Source: Wickerhamiella versatilis (lineage: Eukaryota). Taken from it: a DNA stretch of 64,000 nucleotides. The notes beneath the pieces are model-generated. The model saw nothing but the letters and a program-made list of their open reading frames with translations. It did not search any database and had not been told where the DNA came from. Below, piece after piece: positions 50,303 through 62,800 of the stretch. The stretch is taken from the NCBI GenBank assembly GCA_030867685.1, contig JAQOWU010000008.1:3038001-3102000 (forward strand), read 5' to 3'. Made by a program: the position numbers and the translations under genes. Numbering within the stretch: the stretch's first letter is position 1; the number at the start of each line of letters is the position of its first letter.

Positions 50303-52429
50303 TCAATCAACAGTTTTCATTATCCCATCTTCGTATTTCTCTTCTTCTTCACTTGCCTTGACAGCTTTATCGATCTTTGCAAATGCCCAGGGGAAGGGCC
50401 TAATCATAAATGGCCGTAAGTCGAAGCGATTGTCATCCGGAGAGTATTGTTCCGCATGATATGCTGGAGTTAGCGTTGTCATTTTATGGCGATTGATTGC
50501 ATAGTAATAGAAGAATCGCTTAATCTTGGTTGAAATTTGCTCCAAAGTCATATGCTGCGCCCACTCGTGACTTAACCTCACAAACATCGACCAAGGGCCC
50601 AACTTCGATACCTTCCTCAGTTTACCGAATACGCTAAGCTCTTCGTAAGTTAGACCCATGTCAGCCTCGTCACTCTGGACGTAATTCTCTGTTATTGGTT
50701 CAAGTTCAGCCGTGGGAGTGGCGTCGACAAATTCAGCAAGTATTGGTAGATCAAAAGCTTTAGTAGCCCACCGCACGAAGGATTTGAGATCCAATTTTGC
50801 AATCGAGCCAATTGGGTTAATGTCTGCAGAAGACGCATCATATTTAGTGAGATACCCACGTAAACTTTCGTCCACATTCGCACTACCCAAAACCAATAAA
50901 CCACCGGGGACTCCTCTTACCCAAGGCAAAAGTAATGAGAATGTATATGCTAATACCATGCGAAGACGAGCTTGCACATTCTGCAATGCCAGGTTTTCAC
51001 GAGGGCTGCCACCATGGACCTTGAATTGTGGTCGCTTTTTCAAAACAGATGCAGCAAGAACGACCATAGCATTAACCGGCCCATCCATATTCAGGTCAAT
51101 ATGATAGGACCCAATTTGTTCAGCTAGTTTCCGAGCACGTTCACGGGTTTCTCGAGAAGAATTCTCTGTCCCCATATAACATGTGTGAAAAATTCTATTG
51201 CAGAATTCGCGAGGATCTTGTGGCAACCATGGGTCCTCTTGCCCGGCTAGCCTACGTGCGTCATTAATGACTTGCATGTTTCCTTTTGCCGCTTCCGAAA
51301 CAACCAAGCGGCACATACTGAAAACTATCAGGGCTGTTGAACAGGAATCTATGCCTCCACTCAATGGCACGAAATATCCTGCGCAGTGCGATCTACGCAG
51401 ATAATCCCATAACCAACAGGCCGGTCCAAGTGCAATCTCTTCCTCCGGATCATGAATAAAAGGTTGCTTGGATGGTGTTGGAGCGACAAGCAATCCTTGT
51501 TGGAGTGAATCCAGGGATGTATTATTAGCCTCAATACTGGGATATGCCTCACCTATCTCAACAGATTGCAAGCCAAATGACGGAGCTGACCGATATGCAC
51601 GCACAGTATTTAAATCAACCGTAGCAGTAACAACTTCCACATCTTGTAGACTAAATTGTGACCCTTGAGCGATAACTTGACCGTTAACCACTATTAAAGC
51701 AGATCCGTCATAGTATAACCGGTCACCGTCACACCCACGTTGATTTGCGTAGAGATAGACACCACCACATCTTCTAGTCGCCTGTGCAATAAGTCCAAGT
51801 CTTGTGTCGAGCTTTCGCAGCTCATGATGACTACCTGAAGAGTTTGTGAAGATTTCCACACCATCGAGAGCCAGATCAATATGTGGGCTGTGTGGCGTGA
51901 AAAGCTCTTCGCATGTCTCAAAACCAATCGAAGTTTCACTGGTTACTAGTTTGGCATCGCCAAATTTAACTTTACTCTGACCAGTCGCCTCACGAATGAC
52001 TTGCGGAAGTATAAACTCATCAACATGACGAGATTTCCAAGGACTAAAGTAACGCATTTCACGATAATTACCATCATTTGCAAGCCAAAGTTTTGGCCGT
52101 ATGAGAAGAATCTTTCCATCGCTGCAAATTACGCGGCAATTGAATCGTGTGCCCTTGTGAACGACAGGCATGCCTACATCAACAATGATCCCCCAGCTAG
52201 ATTCATCAAGCAAGATATCCCTTAGCACCTCCCAAGAATGAATGAAAGTATCGCCTTCCAAAAAGTGGTCTAAGCAGCCATATCCTGAGATTTCGAGCTC
52301 TGGTCCAGTTCGAAACTGGGCTCCTCGTTCCTTTGCCAATTTTATACTCTCGATAATACGGTCCCGATTTCCCTCAAAGTCAAGAGCCCATTGGTTCAGG
52401 TTGCATGTTGCTAGTGTCACAAGGCTCAT
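50303..52429 (-). CDS. QNS1: Glutamine-dependent NAD+ synthetase
   Basis: LATCNLNQWALDF, GPELEISGYGCLDHF, ETCEELF, LSGGIDS, LQNVQARLRM. Confidence 0.96.
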   Translation of the reverse strand: MSLVTLATCNLNQWALDFEGNRDRIIESIKLAKERGAQFRTGPELEISGYGCLDHFLEGDTFIHSWEVLRDILLDESSWGIIVDVGMPVVHKGTRFNCRVICSDGKILLIRPKLWLANDGNYREMRYFSPWKSRHVDEFILPQVIREATGQSKVKFGDAKLVTSETSIGFETCEELFTPHSPHIDLALDGVEIFTNSSGSHHELRKLDTRLGLIAQATRRCGGVYLYANQRGCDGDRLYYDGSALIVVNGQVIAQGSQFSLQDVEVVTATVDLNTVRAYRSAPSFGLQSVEIGEAYPSIEANNTSLDSLQQGLLVAPTPSKQPFIHDPEEEIALGPACWLWDYLRRSHCAGYFVPLSGGIDSCSTALIVFSMCRLVVSEAAKGNMQVINDARRLAGQEDPWLPQDPREFCNRIFHTCYMGTENSSRETRERARKLAEQIGSYHIDLNMDGPVNAMVVLAASVLKKRPQFKVHGGSPRENLALQNVQARLRMVLAYTFSLLLPWVRGVPGGLLVLGSANVDESLRGYLTKYDASSADINPIGSIAKLDLKSFVRWATKAFDLPILAEFVDATPTAELEPITENYVQSDEADMGLTYEELSVFGKLRKVSKLGPWSMFVRLSHEWAQHMTLEQISTKIKRFFYYYAINRHKMTTLTPAYHAEQYSPDDNRFDLRPFMIRPFPWAFAKIDKAVKASEEEEKYEDGIMKTVD

Positions 52430-52628
52430 ATTTCTATTATGAGTGGTATATCACACCGACGAAGAAGTAACGGAAAGTTTGGATTATTAAGGTGATTTTT
52501 AATATACCGGGACCTGGAGATATAAACTGATTTGATCTTCAAATATCGTTTCCTTTATTTTTGCTAATAATTTGAGTCTGCATACATCCTAGAAATATAG
52601 AAATACAAAAAAAATGTTCATGCCTTAT

Positions 52629-53930
52629 CTACTGCGAAGAAGATAGTCTTGTGCGTCGGATGGTAAAGTATAAGATTGGATAGAGAGATATAGCCAATGC
52701 TATGTGAACCACAAAAGCGTCTCTAAAGCACTTCGAGCCGACACATATTCCCTGTACGGCATTCGCATCAAAAGCTGCAGCCATCCGAGTGATTAATATG
52801 AATGAAACTGGTATAGGGCTGAGCGCAATAATGCCCCAATTTGAACTCATTCGATGCATTCCAAACGCATCACTGATAATACCTGGGAAGCAGCCAAAAG
52901 CTATACCATAGAAAGAACCGGTGAGCACTGTCGTGAGCCACATAGTGTTAATTGTAGAAACCAGATATCCCGATAACGATGCTGCAATGCAAAGAGTTGT
53001 AGCTACAACCAAAACGTATGCACGATCAATTCGTAGGTTATTGGCACAAAGATCGCTAAGCAAACCCCCAATGATCCTTCCAGCGCAGTTAGATAGCGAA
53101 AGTAGAGATACCTGTGCTGTCTGTGCAAGCCCCTCATCCTCGCCATGTATGGTCAAGGCTTTAACCAGGTAACCACAAGTATAAATGTAAGCCTGACCTG
53201 TTCCTGCTAGAAAGCCAAGAACAGTTGCAAGGCTCCAAAACAAGGGCAATTTTAGCATTGCCATTCCTCCAACCTCGTTTTGCTTTGTTCTTCCAGATCG
53301 ACTATGGACTTCTTGGGGTATGTCGTCCAAGTTGACCATGCCGAGGTAATCATCGTTATATTGGCGTGGTGTAGCTCGTGTTAACGGCTGATTAGCTATG
53401 ACTACCTGGCCAAACAAAATCATGAGGGATACAGGGAAAAAAGAAAGAAATGATAACAAATTGCGAGCAACACGCCCTAGCGTTGTGACAACAAAGGCAC
53501 TAACTCCATATCCAGCCATTGTCACTGCAGTAGCAAAACCACGCTGACGCGCGAAGTTCGCCGCAGCACACCTCACCGCAGCGCTAAATGCAAAAGTCGC
53601 ACCTATACCTATGAGGGCAAGTGCAAATGATAGTAATGGCATGGATGATACCGAGTTGTCATAGGAAAAGCGTACGATTGTATAACCAAAAAACGTCGTG
53701 ACACACGATACTATAACTGGAATGGTAAATCCCCAGATGTCAACGACTGCTCCAGCTATTGGTCCTGAAAGAGACATAGCCAAGTTGCCTGCCATTCCAA
53801 CTGTACCAATCTGCTTAGCCGAGAGGCCCAACTGAGAAGAAAGTTGAGGAGCATACGCACTGAAGGCATATATTGTCCCACAGCCCATAGATACAGCAAA
53901 ACACGATAGTAGGCAAGCTGGACGCGACAT
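52629..53930 (-). CDS. Mch1-like (nodulin-like) MFS transporter
   Basis: GTIYAFSAYAPQL, AANFARQRGFATA, NCAGRIIGGLLSD, FGMHRMSSNWG, CVGSKCF. First ATG at 53930. Confidence 0.8.
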   Translation of the reverse strand: MSRPACLLSCFAVSMGCGTIYAFSAYAPQLSSQLGLSAKQIGTVGMAGNLAMSLSGPIAGAVVDIWGFTIPVIVSCVTTFFGYTIVRFSYDNSVSSMPLLSFALALIGIGATFAFSAAVRCAAANFARQRGFATAVTMAGYGVSAFVVTTLGRVARNLLSFLSFFPVSLMILFGQVVIANQPLTRATPRQYNDDYLGMVNLDDIPQEVHSRSGRTKQNEVGGMAMLKLPLFWSLATVLGFLAGTGQAYIYTCGYLVKALTIHGEDEGLAQTAQVSLLSLSNCAGRIIGGLLSDLCANNLRIDRAYVLVVATTLCIAASLSGYLVSTINTMWLTTVLTGSFYGIAFGCFPGIISDAFGMHRMSSNWGIIALSPIPVSFILITRMAAAFDANAVQGICVGSKCFRDAFVVHIALAISLYPILYFTIRRTRLSSSQ

Positions 53931-53986
53931 CTCTGCCACCTGACACCCCACAACGCGCTTTGATTACCTCAGCAAGATATGACTTC

Positions 53987-54895
53987 ATGAGAATTGCATT
54001 TTTTGGTTCCGACAGATTTTCTTTTGAATCTTTGGTTGCTGTGCATCGGCTCACACCAAAAATATCAGTAATTACACGGAAGCTTAAACCTCAAGGTCGA
54101 GGCCAGCGCAATATCATGATTCCTCCGATAGTTGAGTACGCAAAAACTCATGGCCTCATGTGGAATGAAGTAGAGAATGTCGAGGACTTTGAAAATATAA
54201 ATGCAGATTTAGCAGTGGCTGTCTCTTATGGACATTTGATTCCGAGCTCATTTCTTAAACGTGTGAAAATGGGTTTAAACGTGCACCCAAGTCTATTGCC
54301 GGCTTTGAGAGGAGCTGCACCGATACAGCGTGCCATAATGCGCCAGCTGCCATATACAGGTGTTTCAGTGCAAACTCTTCATCCAACTAAATTTGACCAA
54401 GGCGAGGTCCTTTGGCACTCACGACATGAAATCCTGGGTCCACGTGAGACAACCAACACTTTAAGTGCCCGTCTTGCAGTGATGGGAGCCGCGGGGCTTT
54501 CAGACGTAATTCGCAATATTGATACTGTTGAGCCTCTATCCCCCGTGGAACATTCTTCAAGAGCACCCATCATTGCCCGGTCTGAATTTCAACTGATATT
54601 TACAAACACCGCCTCAGTTGAAGATGCCCGTGGAAGAGCACTTGGAAAGCTGTGGTTCGAGAATGAATTGCCGAATGGTAAGAGGATTAGGACCAACGTT
54701 TCAAATTTTGTCCCTGTGGCGGATACAATGAATTCTGGAGACCCACTTATACAATTGCCAGATGATGTTCTCGGTATAAGGTGCGGGGATGGACGTTACA
54801 TCGGTGCGAAACGGGTGACATTGGCAGGGTCCCGTCACGAAGGTGCTAATGGTTACCTTAAAAAGGCCTCAAAGTTGGGCAAAATATGTACATAA
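53987..54895 (+). CDS. FMT1: Methionyl-tRNA formyltransferase (mitochondrial type)
   Basis: RIAFFGSDRFS, AVSYGHLIP, NVHPSLLPALRGAAPIQ, TGVSVQTLHPTKFDQG. Confidence 0.88.
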   Translation: MRIAFFGSDRFSFESLVAVHRLTPKISVITRKLKPQGRGQRNIMIPPIVEYAKTHGLMWNEVENVEDFENINADLAVAVSYGHLIPSSFLKRVKMGLNVHPSLLPALRGAAPIQRAIMRQLPYTGVSVQTLHPTKFDQGEVLWHSRHEILGPRETTNTLSARLAVMGAAGLSDVIRNIDTVEPLSPVEHSSRAPIIARSEFQLIFTNTASVEDARGRALGKLWFENELPNGKRIRTNVSNFVPVADTMNSGDPLIQLPDDVLGIRCGDGRYIGAKRVTLAGSRHEGANGYLKKASKLGKICT

Positions 54896-54903
54896 CAATT
54901 GAG

Positions 54904-54938
54904 AATTATTATAATTATTACAATTATTATTATTATTG
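54904..54938. repeat. Imperfect (ATT)n microsatellite
   Basis: aattattataattattacaattattattattattg; it produces the spurious poly-Ile extension of the next ORF. Confidence 0.7.
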
Positions 54939-55027
54939 ATACATGCCAATTTTTCGGCTCTTTTAATTCTCCAGTATCCCATCATGCCAAATATCCTGGG
55001 TTAATTATTATTAATCACAACGACGTG

Positions 55028-56560
55028 ATGCATATTTTGATCCTATGTGCGTTGTGCATCTTGGTGGTTGCACAACTGGAACTTCCTATCAGACCGCGGA
55101 AAAAGGCCGGACTTTCCAAGAGGGCCGTTGAGATAAGTGGGAATGATATGTATTTCCTGGCCCCACTCGAAGTGGAATTATGGATTGGTGACCCCGTTCA
55201 ACCAGTAATAACGGCAATAGATACCACCCATAGCGACTTGGTCGTTTTAGGTGGAAATAACACTTGCGTTGACAATTATTCATGCGATGATCCACAGTTC
55301 TTATTCAACTTCAACGAGTCTCAGTCTATTTCTACAAATGCATCTTGGAATCGATACTTGAACAGCTACGTAAGTTCATATGAAGGTAGTAGTGCTGGCT
55401 GGGGGTCCGATAAAGTCGCTTTTGGCCCTGATAGATCCTATACATTGGATAATGTCACAATGCTTATTGTACCAAACTCTGAAACAGGATCTCTTTTAAT
55501 GCCACTTTTAGGCATCGGTCCCATCGGTGGAGAGTCTTGCGTATCGCGGGTAACTAGAGATGGGTTTTATCCCACGTACCCAAATTTTCCACAACTGTTG
55601 CAAGAAGCTGGTTATGCGTCAAGCTTATCTTACTCTATTAGCCTGAACAGTTCTGGTGGCTCGCTTCTTTTCGGCGCGTATGACCGATCGCGATTCAACG
55701 GGAATCTATCCATAGTGCCAATTGTGGCTGATACTTTACAGGGTGAGCAGTATATTACCCAGACTCCTTGGATGCTATCAGTTAATTTATACGGGATACA
55801 ACTAACGTCTGGGGGGTCTAAGCTCATTGACATTAATAGCACCCAAATTGCGATCATCGACACTTCTGCTTTTGTATTGTTAATGCCTGCATCCATGCTT
55901 AATTTAGTCGCAAGGGCTTTAGGTGCTGAATGGTTAGAGGGCTATTCAGGTTACATCGTACCATGTGATATTTCCGGCAGCATTACTTTCGAATTTGCTC
56001 CCGGCCTGCAGTTTTCAATCCCACTCAATGAAACTCTCGCCGATATAGTTGATCATGATTCCCAGTCTTTTTCTTTTGATGACAATACGAAGGCATGCAG
56101 GCTGAATATTGGTGTTTCAAATAACACCGGAGGTATACATCTAGGGCAAGTGTTTTTGAAATATGTTTATACTATCGTTCATTTGAATCGTAGCGAGGTT
56201 GCGCTGGCTTCGGCAAATCCGGAATCAAATGGAGACTCATATGTTGTACCAATTGTAAGCTCTATACCAAGTGCAACGTATGCTGACGTTGGAAAAGATT
56301 ATTTCCTTAATAAAAATGGCACCAGACATATTGAAAGCCATACTGCCTTGAGCGAACATATACTTGGATCTTCATTGGCACAAACTTTAGGTGCCCAGCC
56401 TACGGGAGCAGCTCCTGTGGGAGAACAAGGTGGCAAAAGTTCCAAAGTCGTAGCAGATTTTACAATCGACAAGTCCGGACATCTTGAAATCAACAAGGGG
56501 AGTCGTATTGGCTTGGAGCTTTTCTGGTGGATGCTTGGCGCGATATGGTTTTTTGTTTGA
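55028..56560 (+). CDS. Yapsin-like (A1 family) secreted, probably GPI-anchored aspartic protease with degenerate catalytic motifs
   Basis: Signal peptide MHILILCALCILVVA, dibasic site LSKR, IDTTHSDL and IIDTSA at the catalytic-Asp positions, YSISLN, GSLLFGAYD, HLGQVFLKYVY and a hydrophobic C-terminus. Confidence 0.8.
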   Translation: MHILILCALCILVVAQLELPIRPRKKAGLSKRAVEISGNDMYFLAPLEVELWIGDPVQPVITAIDTTHSDLVVLGGNNTCVDNYSCDDPQFLFNFNESQSISTNASWNRYLNSYVSSYEGSSAGWGSDKVAFGPDRSYTLDNVTMLIVPNSETGSLLMPLLGIGPIGGESCVSRVTRDGFYPTYPNFPQLLQEAGYASSLSYSISLNSSGGSLLFGAYDRSRFNGNLSIVPIVADTLQGEQYITQTPWMLSVNLYGIQLTSGGSKLIDINSTQIAIIDTSAFVLLMPASMLNLVARALGAEWLEGYSGYIVPCDISGSITFEFAPGLQFSIPLNETLADIVDHDSQSFSFDDNTKACRLNIGVSNNTGGIHLGQVFLKYVYTIVHLNRSEVALASANPESNGDSYVVPIVSSIPSATYADVGKDYFLNKNGTRHIESHTALSEHILGSSLAQTLGAQPTGAAPVGEQGGKSSKVVADFTIDKSGHLEINKGSRIGLELFWWMLGAIWFFV

Positions 56561-56881
56561 TTCCTTGCTATGATGTATATAATATGCCTATGGTGTGATG
56601 ACTTTGATAATTTCTAATTTATGCGTATAATATTTAATTTTTGGTACTCGGAAGTTTTTCTATTCCTCAGTCATCCTAGTATTCACGTAAAATATTTCTT
56701 TAGGACGTTGCTTGATGCTACGTTCTTCATTTTATTTATAAAAAAGTTATATGCGATAGTAGCGTGAAATACTATACGGAATTTGATGAAGCTTCTAGCT
56801 AGCTAGGCATTGTAGCCTTGCAGCACCTATGATCACTAGTCCTATGGTACTCCTCTTGAAAAAAACCGATTAACAGAGCAA

Positions 56882-59800
56882 TTAGTAGAGTGTTTGCCTG
56901 ACACGATTGAATTCAGCAACAGCCGTTCCGATATTTTTATAGAGGAACTTGCGCGTATCTTCATTTGGAGCTGGTATAAATGGACCTCGAACACCACCAC
57001 GAAGCCTCAGTGCAATACCAGTATGTTCCATTGAAACAGCTGCTAGCTGGTCATAAGTGACATCCCACTCGAGTTCCATATCGGACACTTTAGTCAAACA
57101 TATACGTTCAAGACTAATGATCACCACACGATCCTGCGTGACATTGGAATGGGCTAAGTAGTGGTCTTTGGCGAAAACTCCATCACCTGTGCTTCGCATA
57201 ATCATCTGACCGACTGCTTCGCGATTATTATAAGGCCTCACCAGACCATCCGAGCCAATTACACGAGGCAGCCTAACGCGAGCGATTGCATGAGAATCCA
57301 CAGAAGTTGCTGTGTTCCGCACTCCCTCACTAAAATTAGAAGCGAAATCGAGGACGCCAATGGCTGTCTTTGTTGGTAAACCAACCAGACCACGGCCCAA
57401 TCCACGGAAAAACCCAGAAGTCCCCCCAGAAGCAGCTCCTTGCATTGGTGCCTGGGTCAAGCCTTGAATACCAGAAGATACCGAGTCATAGAAAGAAGTT
57501 GCACCCATGCTTAGTCCATAGAATGCATGACGTGGACTGTTCCGCACCATCCTTTGATGCTGTTGTCGCTGAAATTGCGGGTCAAGTGTCATCGACGTTA
57601 GTCCTTTAGAAAGCGAACCAGTAACTTTGAAAATAGAATCTGAAACTCCAAAGACAGACTTACGCATGAACGAAAACCCACCTTTCGCCAGTCCCACCCC
57701 GAACTCCTGAGGACGATCTGATAAAGTATAACCTAAGTAAGGTTCATAGAATAGATCCATAAAGCCACTGGAAATGTTGTTGAACAGACCCACCGGGTTA
57801 CCAATGAAATCAGCACTACCGATAATATTGTGTAGCTGGTAAAGGAATTCCTGGGAATAATGCGTTTCTACGGTCTTGAATAAATGCTGTACTTGTGACC
57901 GGACGTTCTCAATGAGAAGGGCATTGAAACGAACAGGGGCATCATTAATATTTCCGATTGTCATTGTGAGAGCATCCACCATAGCAGCGAAGCTTGGATT
58001 CATTCTAGAAAATACCCCTCTCTCGGTCAAGGCGCCAGTACGAACAAATGAGAGATTCAACTGCATGGGCTGAAGATGCAGCTGCTCAAAATATATATCT
58101 TCAGCAGAGCGACTGCTAGGTTGGGGGATTTCAAGGTGGTCGAGACCTGATGAAATTTCGCCAGTATCACTATCTTCACACCATGGGTCACCTGCAGTAC
58201 TTTTTGACGACATAAATGTACCAGTGATGTCTAGCAGACTGAGAATGAAATCTTCATCGGCCTCTAACGTGAGTTCTTGAAGCAACATAGTAGCATGCTT
58301 AACGTAGGTTAAGCCAAAGCTTTGATCTGTGGAGCGAGTGACAGAGCCTGAAAATGTCGGATGCTGTCGCATTTCCTCAGGATTCTTCGGTAAGACTGTA
58401 GGGTATACAAGCACGGGAAAGCGTGAACTCGATGAATGAGCAGTACAATTGTCGACCTGTATCCATTGCGTCTGCCATGCAACAGTTTCCAGATGCTCAC
58501 TGACTCTGTACTTGACACCGACATTGCGCAAAGTTGCATAAAAAAGCTCTTGATTACTGCGGTTGATATAAGATATTCCTATACCCTTGAGTTGCAGCTC
58601 ATAAAGTATTCCCGCATCAGCAGCTTCGACACGAGGCCTGAAAGATGCCAAAGTTGATGCGACGGTAGATGCGGTTTCACGCGCAACATACCTTGATCTG
58701 TCAGGGACGTAATCTTGAATCACAAGAGCCTGTTGAATTCCATCAGCTACGACCGAAAGATCAACAACTCGACTTCCAAACTTTGCAGGCGGGAGCTCCC
58801 CTATTTCGGCGAGCTGTACTCGTCTTTTACGGTTATCGCAAACAAGGACAATCTCTTTCAGATTTGCAGCTGGAAAATCCCAGGAATAAGGCATTGCACT
58901 ACGAGGGGGGACGTGATAGACAATAGGATTGAATTCTATGTCTTCATTCTCATTAGGATTCGATTGATGTATGTGAAAGTCCAGCTCCGTAAAATTGCGA
59001 ATGGAAAAGGGCCAATCCCGGGCCTCGCGAATGTGCACAAAAAGGGTGGCAGCCTCAAGAACAATATCTATTTGGGCCAGTAGTGTCGGTTTACCCCTTC
59101 GAGCTAACCGGACATAAGTCGCACCAATATTGGTCATAACGAAAGCTGCACTCCAGTCGCCATTTTCAACAAAACGAAGACAGAGTTCACGCTCAGCAAG
59201 TGTAGAAATTAATGTCACGGGCTGCACATTATGTTCTGCAACCAGCTTAGGCTCCCCACCCGGCTCACGCATCTCGATCGGGGAGTCAAGGTTGTTACAC
59301 AGGATAAATCTTGGAGCAATAGTAACAATCTTCGTTGCTGACAACCGACCAGTGCCTTGACGGATTGATACACCGAGGTACTGTTCTTGTTGATGGCCTG
59401 GACTGCTCACAGCAACTTCAAAGTCGCTACCAACCGCATCAAAACTAAATGCTCGACTGGCTAAAGAACGACCTACCCTGACTTGTGCATTATGACCACT
59501 CTTAAAGCTCCAAAGTTTGAGCCCTGTTTGACATACAGCACGGTTCAATTTTGTCTCCACTGCTAGAGTTTCGCCAGTCTTATTCAATATTACGTATGGA
59601 GACATCAGGAAAACAGCGTGGCCACGAGTCGGACTAAAAAAGTAAGAAATACGCAAAGTCATATTCTGACCATCTGCAGTTCCACGCATTCTTATCTCAT
59701 CTTCAACTTGAAATTCCTTTTCTGATCCTGCGTTAATTATGGCGAACTCAGATTTTTCGTAATTAGGGATTGTTACAGATAATAGCAACAAATGCTGATG

Positions 59801-62800
59801 CCCACACCAGTGTACAGGCTCATGCATCCCTTGCAAAAGATGGCCTGTTCGGGATTCTTTGGTTGAGCGCGAATACAGTCTGTAGTCGATATCAAAAGGT
59901 AAATAGTTCACCAGTTGTAATGGGGCTGTAAGACAAAGGGTCTGATAAGGATAGTGATTTGCCAAAGGTACTTTAGGAACTTCCGCTGTTGCTAAAATGT
60001 AAACATCACCGGACTGTACGACTCTCTCCCTTGTTTTGAGCATATCACGCCAGTAAAGTTGCGGAGACCAACTATTACCATTATCAACAGAAAAGGTTAC
60101 TTTAGAGTCCAATTTAGACAAAGGCAATGCTATTCTTTCTCCAGGGAGTACTTTCAAACTCTTGACTCCATTCAAAGCGATATCCATTGTGAATTGGGTA
60201 GAGTTTACCAAGACATGTGTGGAACGCACGACAATTCGCTTCAAATTTCCTGAAATCGATATGTCAAAAACCAGACGATGATGTCCCAGAGCATAAAGTT
60301 GTTCACCAACTCGGCTGACTGGTACATCGTTAAGCGCCCCGAATTCTGATCCTAGAAGAAGTACTGACAACGTGATAAGCTGCGTTGTGGCAGAGAGATC
60401 TTCGCGAATAGTACGCCAGTCGTAGAATGACCATGGGATTTCTTCACCATCAGCAATCACAGTTGGGGCTGAATCGCTAGCCCATATCTTGATCGAGAAA
60501 CCAGTCTCGTTACGGATACGGTAAGGTTTACCATCTTCACTTGTAGCTCTTGATAGGTCTACATGTGAGTTCTCACTAAAATATGCTTGAATATCGTTTG
60601 CAAGAGAGAGCGTTTCGGGTGTAATTTCGATGTCTGTCAACCCACTACGTACCAGTACATGGTCCATACGTGCGTCAAGCGAGAGATCCAGAGAGTCTAT
60701 GAGAGGTTCCCAGGCAGACTTCGCAAAGCTGTAAACATTTGCGTAAGCTTTTGCGTTACCGACAACGCTGATACTGCTTCTAGACCAGTTACGTGCCTCG
60801 ACACAAAATGGCTTTACCCAAAAGTCTGCCATCGGTAGCTGATGCAACGAATCTATGATAACAACACGCATACCACCAAATTCTACTTTCATCAATTCAC
60901 CGAGAACTTCAACACTGTCAACATCCGGATCCACAAATTTATGAGCGTATGGCGATGGCTCGTATCGTGAACCATCATCCACATAGCGAGCGGCTGCTGG
61001 CAAGACGGATGTTTCCGCTTTTGTTTCATGTGGCGTTTCTGAAGACCAGAGCCGCTGCGCTGACTGTAGAATCATAAGAATCAATCGAATTTCGCGAAGA
61101 CTGAGCCGTAAGACGAGTGGTTCAATATCAGCAGACGTGCTAGTTAAAAGCCGGTCCTCCCTACATTTTGAGCGATCTATGCCGGCCTTAACACTAAAGT
61201 CGTCGAGTATACGCAACTTCGTATTGTTAAATGACCGCATACGTGTAAGATAAACACCGACTTTGCGTACTGCTAAACTAGCTGATACTGGCGATGAAGA
61301 ACATAAGAGTTGCTCGAATTTGCATACAAGTGCTTCGGTATCTTCATTAGAAGGGTCAGCCAAAATAATGAGATACATGTGCTGCAAATCCAAAGTCCAT
61401 TCTCCTTCGGTTATGGTAGACTGCTTTGGTGGATCACTGGGATTGAAAAGTATTTCTGATGACACTTCTGAATCTCCATAATCCTCTTGTAAATTCGAAG
61501 GCGATGAGGAGGTGCCAAAGTCAACAAAATCTTTAAGAGCTGTAAGAAAGTCGAGAGCCACAAATACCGTTGGACAGTTAATTATTATATTTCCTCGTGG
61601 GTGCTTATCGCCGACTTCGTAAGTTGCGTGAAACTGGTAACTATCATGAGTTGCTGGCGGAACCACTTTAGGAAACAAATTAGTACGACTCGTACGTTGA
61701 TCTTCAACCGTAAAGGCTCGCATAGATGCCTCTACTTTTATTGTACAATCTTGACCTTTGGCTCCTAAACTTGCATTTTCCACACGGAACTCTGCGAGGG
61801 GTCCGGAGTCACGGCGTAGATTCACACTAAAGAGTGGCGCTTGAAATTCAAAGTCGAAAGACTGTGCTTTTACACTAACAGGAAGCTCCCACGACTGAGG
61901 CTCCAATTCTTTCTCTTGTACAAGCTTCTGTCGCAAGTCACCAACTTCTGACTGATCCAGACCACACGAAGCTTGACTTATTCTTGATAATGCCTGGCCG
62001 AACTCTTGCACCAATCTAAGCTCATGTTCACTTAGGCGCAAAGCTACTGGAGGTACTGTTGCCTTTACTTTCATGGGTCCTGAGGAATAGTCCGCCGATA
62101 GACTGAGGTCTATGGCTTTCAGGAGATAAGAATTTTGTTGGTTAAGAACAGCTTGAACGAACGTATTACGAATGCCAGCCTCCAAACAAGTTTCTGAGGT
62201 ATGCGAAATGTAAAGTTCACCGAGTTGAGCTATTAAAGTATCATCACCCCAGGGAAAGACCACGACTGGGGCACGCATAAGCACATCGAAGTTCATCTTA
62301 CCTGGCTCCACCTGAATTGCCTGGTTGAATGCCAACATTCGCGCTTGATCATATACAGTTTTCATTTGATTGAATCGCGAAAAAAACCGGGCAATACGAG
62401 CACAGGGGAGCTCTTCCAGATTGAGACGTACCGCGCCACTTCTAAATTTCACATAAGATCGCTCTGGACTTGGTGCATCGTAAGTGAAATCAGCCAAGTC
62501 ACCACCCCCATCAATACTTAGAATTTTGTGGTCTTCCACGTCCTCTAAAGAAAGTGCACCCAATGTAGCATCGAAACGCATTCCCTGAGGTGCCATTAAT
62601 TCTGTCAACAACCGTGCATGCGTCAATTGAAAGTTACCCAGTACATCACCATCGTCATTCAAAACCACATTTATACCCTCCAAGTTTACGCAGACTTTTC
62701 GAGAACTAGCAGAGTTCTCCGAGGACGCAATACTTTCTTGTTCGGTTGGGTTCTCCTCAGTTGCCTCAGGAGGGGGGCCAGGTGGAGCAAATGTACTCAT

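Noticed and set aside
53987-54895. FMT1 as a bacterial horizontal transfer, given its bacterial-like start
   Set aside because: The internal motifs (GSDxFS, QTLHPTKFD) match the fungal mitochondrial type rather than bacterial Fmt (GTPxFA).
54899-55027. Poly-Ile N-terminal extension of the aspartic protease ORF
   Set aside because: It begins at a TTG and is just a translated ATT microsatellite; the signal peptide starts at ATG 55028.
56667-56730. Minus-strand box C-like ATGAAGA ... CTGA, and a 14-nt stretch resembling a conserved 5.8S rRNA segment
   Set aside because: The C box is imperfect, no terminal stem or recognisable guide is present, and the match is too short to exceed chance. An Rfam or snoscan search would be needed.
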